Virus record (IMG/VR): IMGVR_UViG_3300008117_000066
From: an uncultured virus (IMG/VR IMGVR_UViG_3300008117_000066)
Lineage: Duplodnaviria; Heunggongvirae; Uroviricota; Caudoviricetes
Length of the DNA: 20,000 nt
Strand: one strand, 5' to 3'
Positions within the stretch are counted from its first letter, which is position 1, and the number at the start of each line of letters is the position of its first letter. The translations under genes and the position numbers were made by a program. Positions 17,134 to 20,000 of this stretch are shown in pieces. The notes under the pieces were generated by a model. The model did no database searches. It had not been told where the DNA came from and saw only the letters and a list, made by a program, of their open reading frames with translations.

Positions 17134-17140
17134 CTATCAA

Positions 17141-17186
17141 TGGTTACATAACCAGGCTTTTTGATAGATATCAGTAAATTGGAGCC
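17141..17186 (+). promoter_or_regulatory. Structured 5' leader (twin hairpins, RBS-sequestering stem) of the 925-aa fibre gene
   Basis: TGGTT-ACAT-AACCA (17141-17154); TGAT-AGAT-ATCA (17162-17173) nested within GGCTTT (17155-17160) / GGAGCC (17181-17186), which contains the GGAG RBS. Confidence 0.55.
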
Positions 17187-17188
17187 AT

Positions 17189-19966
17189 ATGGCAAATACA
17201 AGATACCAGGCGAAGAGAACTTCGGTCTCAGGAAGAACGCCCAATACAACAGATCCAGCAAACACTCAGTACATAGCTGCTGGTGAATTTGCCATAAATC
17301 TACCAGACAAAAAAGCTTTTACTTCAAACGGTTCTGTATTTTTTGAAGTTGGTGCTAATTTATCCAATCTTAGTATTTCTGGTTCAGAAGTTATTAATTC
17401 TTCTGGTACATGGGTTGGCAGTCCTACTGGATTGCAAGGACCACAAGGAACCACAGGATCTCAAGGCACAACTGGTGCTCAAGGCACTAATGGAACACAA
17501 GGCACGACAGGATCACAGGGTGCTACGGGTACTACAGGCACACAAGGTACTACAGGATCACAGGGCACTGTAGGTACACAGGGCACTGTAGGTACACAGG
17601 GCACTTCAGGCACTAATGGGACACAAGGCACGACAGGTGCGCAAGGAACATCGGGAACTAACGGAACCCAGGGAACAACAGGTTCCCAAGGTGCTACGGG
17701 TGTACAGGGAACCACTGGCGCTCAAGGTGCGACAGGATCTCAAGGTGCTACAGGCACACAAGGCACCGTAGGTACACAAGGTACAACAGGTGCACAAGGC
17801 GCAACTGGTACGCAAGGCGTACAAGGCGTTATTGGATCACAGGGAACCACTGGCGCTCAAGGTGCGACAGGATCTCAAGGTGCTACAGGCGCTCAGGGTA
17901 CAAACGGTACGCAAGGTACGACAGGATCGCAAGGTGCAACGGGTGCTCAGGGCACTACTGGTGCACAAGGCACCGTAGGCACACAGGGCACAACAGGCAC
18001 TCAGGGCACAACTGGTGCTCAGGGTACAAATGGTACACAAGGTACAACAGGTTCTCAGGGCACTACTGGTGCTCAAGGTATAACAGGATCACAAGGTGCG
18101 ACAGGTACTCAAGGTATTACTGGTCGTGATGGTAATTTTGGTGGTGCCACCTTCGATTTCACTTTCGATACAACAACTACCGCTGGCGATCCTGGTACTG
18201 GTAAACTAAGATTTAATAATGCTAACGTAGCATTAAGTACTGCAATGTACATCGATACAACAAATGATGCAGCTACTGATATACGAAATTTCTTAATAAC
18301 AATTGACGATAGCACAAGCACAATCAAAGGACATTTCCGTGTAAGTAATAAATTTGATGCCAATGATTTTGCTTTATTCACAATATCTGCACTGACAGAT
18401 AACACAACTTACTTTACTGTAACCAGTGCATATGTTAGTGGTAGTGCGACCACATTCAGTAATAGTGAAGACATTCTTATTACATTTGCTAGAACTGGTG
18501 ATAAGGGCGACACAGGATCACAGGGCGCAACTGGTGCCCAGGGTGCAAATGGTACTCAAGGTACTAACGGAACACAGGGCACTGTAGGTACACAGGGCAC
18601 TACAGGCACACAGGGCACCACGGGTACACAAGGTGCTACAGGTACACAAGGTACAACAGGCACTCAAGGTACAACAGGCACTCAAGGTACAACAGGTACG
18701 CAAGGTACCACGGGTACACAAGGCACAACTGGTAATACAGGTTCGCAAGGTGCTACTGGTGCTCAAGGTGTTCAGGGTGTTTTAGGATCTCAAGGTACAA
18801 CAGGAGCACAAGGCGCTACTGGTGCACAGGGAACTAATGGCACGACAGGATCGCAAGGCGCAACGGGTGCTCAAGGTGCAACGGGTGCTCAAGGTACTAC
18901 TGGTGCCCAGGGTGCGACAGGCACACAGGGTGTGACAGGATCTCAGGGTGCTACTGGTGCTCAGGGTACTACAGGAACCACGGGTACACAGGGTACGACA
19001 GGCGCACAAGGGACCACGGGATCGCAAGGCACAACGGGTGCACAGGGTGCAACGGGTGCACAAGGAACACAAGGTACAACTGGTGCTCAAGGTGCAACAG
19101 GAGCACAGGGTGTTCAAGGTATAACTGGTCCAGTATCTGGATCTAACACGCATGTTGTATTCAATGACTCAGGTGTGGCTAATGGTTCAGCATCCTTTAC
19201 CTTTATTAAATCAAACAATACTATAACTGCTGCGAATTTAATTGTTAATACGGCATTTACTCAGCTGGCTGGTAATGCAAACTTTGACAGCGGTGTTCTG
19301 TTTGTTGATGGAACTAATAATAGAGTTGGTGTTGGTACGACATCCCCTGCGACATTATTGAATTTATCTGGCTCAACAGCAGCTGAACAATTAAGAGTTA
19401 CTACTTCTTATGATGCAAGTAGAAATGCTCGTGGTGGTATTACATGGGCAGACGGAACTAACATAACTGGTAGAATTATGACCGAGTACGATGGTACTAT
19501 GGTTAGTATGAGATTTACTAGTTTGTATAATAGTGGGTATAACTCTAATGATTTAATGATTATTCGAGGAAATGGTAATGTCGGTATTGGTACAACAACT
19601 CCAGGATATAAACTTGAAGTCAACGGATCCTTCGCAGCTACAACTAAGAGCTTCGTAATTAATCACCCAACAAAACCTGACATGAAACTCCGCTACGGTT
19701 CTTTGGAAGGACCAGAGAACGGAGTGTATGTTCGTGGTCGTGCTAAAGGCGATACCATCCAGCTTCCTGATTACTGGACTGGCTTGGTTGACGAGTTCTC
19801 TATCACAGTAAATCTGACACCCATCGGTAGTCATCAGAAGCTTTACGTCAAGAGTATCGATAAAAACGTTGTAACTATCGGTGGTGGATTATTTGATCAA
19901 ATGGAATACTTCTATACTGTGTTCGCAGAACGCAAAGATGTTGATAAGCTGATTGTGGAGATTTGA
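17189..19966 (+). CDS. Long collagen-like tail fibre (925 aa)
   Basis: Mtd_N-like start ([26 protein letters not shown]), collagen tract 1 (17429-18139), ~120-aa globular domain, collagen tract 2 (18497-19135), [16 protein letters not shown] beta repeats, and C-terminal [25 protein letters not shown] domain. Confidence 0.85.
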   Translation: MANTRYQAKRTSVSGRTPNTTDPANTQYIAAGEFAINLPDKKAFTSNGSVFFEVGANLSNLSISGSEVINSSGTWVGSPTGLQGPQGTTGSQGTTGAQGTNGTQGTTGSQGATGTTGTQGTTGSQGTVGTQGTVGTQGTSGTNGTQGTTGAQGTSGTNGTQGTTGSQGATGVQGTTGAQGATGSQGATGTQGTVGTQGTTGAQGATGTQGVQGVIGSQGTTGAQGATGSQGATGAQGTNGTQGTTGSQGATGAQGTTGAQGTVGTQGTTGTQGTTGAQGTNGTQGTTGSQGTTGAQGITGSQGATGTQGITGRDGNFGGATFDFTFDTTTTAGDPGTGKLRFNNANVALSTAMYIDTTNDAATDIRNFLITIDDSTSTIKGHFRVSNKFDANDFALFTISALTDNTTYFTVTSAYVSGSATTFSNSEDILITFARTGDKGDTGSQGATGAQGANGTQGTNGTQGTVGTQGTTGTQGTTGTQGATGTQGTTGTQGTTGTQGTTGTQGTTGTQGTTGNTGSQGATGAQGVQGVLGSQGTTGAQGATGAQGTNGTTGSQGATGAQGATGAQGTTGAQGATGTQGVTGSQGATGAQGTTGTTGTQGTTGAQGTTGSQGTTGAQGATGAQGTQGTTGAQGATGAQGVQGITGPVSGSNTHVVFNDSGVANGSASFTFIKSNNTITAANLIVNTAFTQLAGNANFDSGVLFVDGTNNRVGVGTTSPATLLNLSGSTAAEQLRVTTSYDASRNARGGITWADGTNITGRIMTEYDGTMVSMRFTSLYNSGYNSNDLMIIRGNGNVGIGTTTPGYKLEVNGSFAATTKSFVINHPTKPDMKLRYGSLEGPENGVYVRGRAKGDTIQLPDYWTGLVDEFSITVNLTPIGSHQKLYVKSIDKNVVTIGGGLFDQMEYFYTVFAERKDVDKLIVEI
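17429..18139 (+). repeat. Collagen Gly-X-Y coding repeat, tract 1 of the 925-aa fibre
   Basis: About 237 aa of G-x-Q/G-x-T; exact 52-nt duplication (17704-17755 and 17839-17890) and an 18-nt tandem at 17561-17605. Confidence 0.95.
18497..19135 (+). repeat. Collagen Gly-X-Y coding repeat, tract 2 of the 925-aa fibre
   Basis: About 213 aa of G-x-Q/G-x-T; 18-nt tandem CAAGGTACAACAGGCACT around 18647-18696. Confidence 0.95.
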
Positions 19967-19967
19967 T

Positions 19968-20000
19968 ATGGGAACATATTACAATCCACGAATTGTTACT
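19968..20000 (+). CDS. Start of next gene (3'-truncated), possibly a LamG/ConA-like lectin tip protein
   Basis: GGAG at 19957-19960, ATG 19968, MGTYYNPRIVT. The PxIVT start resembles the PRIVTDGLV N-terminus recalled for phage LamG-domain proteins, but only 11 codons are visible. Confidence 0.5.
   Translation, partial: MGTYYNPRIVT

Noticed and set aside
14595..17350. Diversity-generating retroelement, suggested by Mtd_N-like domains and a candidate adhesin
   Set aside because: No reverse transcriptase and no template/variable repeat pair differing at adenines is visible in the window; Mtd_N is only an attachment domain. A DGR elsewhere in the genome cannot be excluded.
17429..19135. Regularly spaced DNA repeats that could suggest a CRISPR array or VNTR element
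   Set aside because: The repeats are 9/18-nt coding units with synonymous variation inside an ORF; there are no constant repeats separated by unique spacers and no cas genes.
13479..19153. Minus-strand and alternate-frame ORFs rich in VPC/APC, CT or HKV repeats over the collagen tracts (e.g. 13479-13766, 17479-17715, 18782-19153)
   Set aside because: They are shadows of Gly-X-Y codon periodicity, which lacks stops in other frames; no independent expression signals seen.
1..20000. tRNA, rRNA, integrase or transposase genes
   Set aside because: Nearly all of the window is coding, the intergenic gaps are accounted for, and no such motifs were seen.

Overview
This window is part of the late structural-gene region of a large T4-like myovirus, of the cyanophage/pelagiphage/alphaproteobacterial-phage type rather than the enteric T-even type. 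All real genes are on the + strand and tightly packed. It starts with the end of baseplate wedge gp6, then expanded gp7 and gp8. Next comes a VrlC/DUF4815-like giant virion protein, apparently split into three ORFs, in the position where T4 has genes 9-12/wac. A fibre cluster follows: a small coiled-coil protein, a 290-aa fibre/adaptor, a 393-aa collagen fibre with a 148-aa candidate tip adhesin, a 44-aa membrane peptide missing from the ORF track, 110-aa and 85-aa adaptors, a 352-aa fibre, a 61-aa coiled-coil gene with its own sigma70 promoter and terminator, a 925-aa double-collagen fibre, and the start of a probable lectin-like tip gene. Main observations: (i) an apparent head-to-tail connector code (LDGGTF C-termini followed by QxKR[ST] N-termini) suggesting a daisy-chained modular fibre; (ii) nearly proline-free, uncharged, Thr/Gln-rich collagen plus an excess of N-x-S/T sequons, hinting at a glycosylated virion; (iii) a one-gene early transcription unit inside the late cluster; (iv) structured leaders hiding the translation starts of both collagen genes; (v) TAAATA late-promoter cores found only just upstream of gene starts. 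Family assignments come from motif recall, not database searches, and all counts were made by hand.
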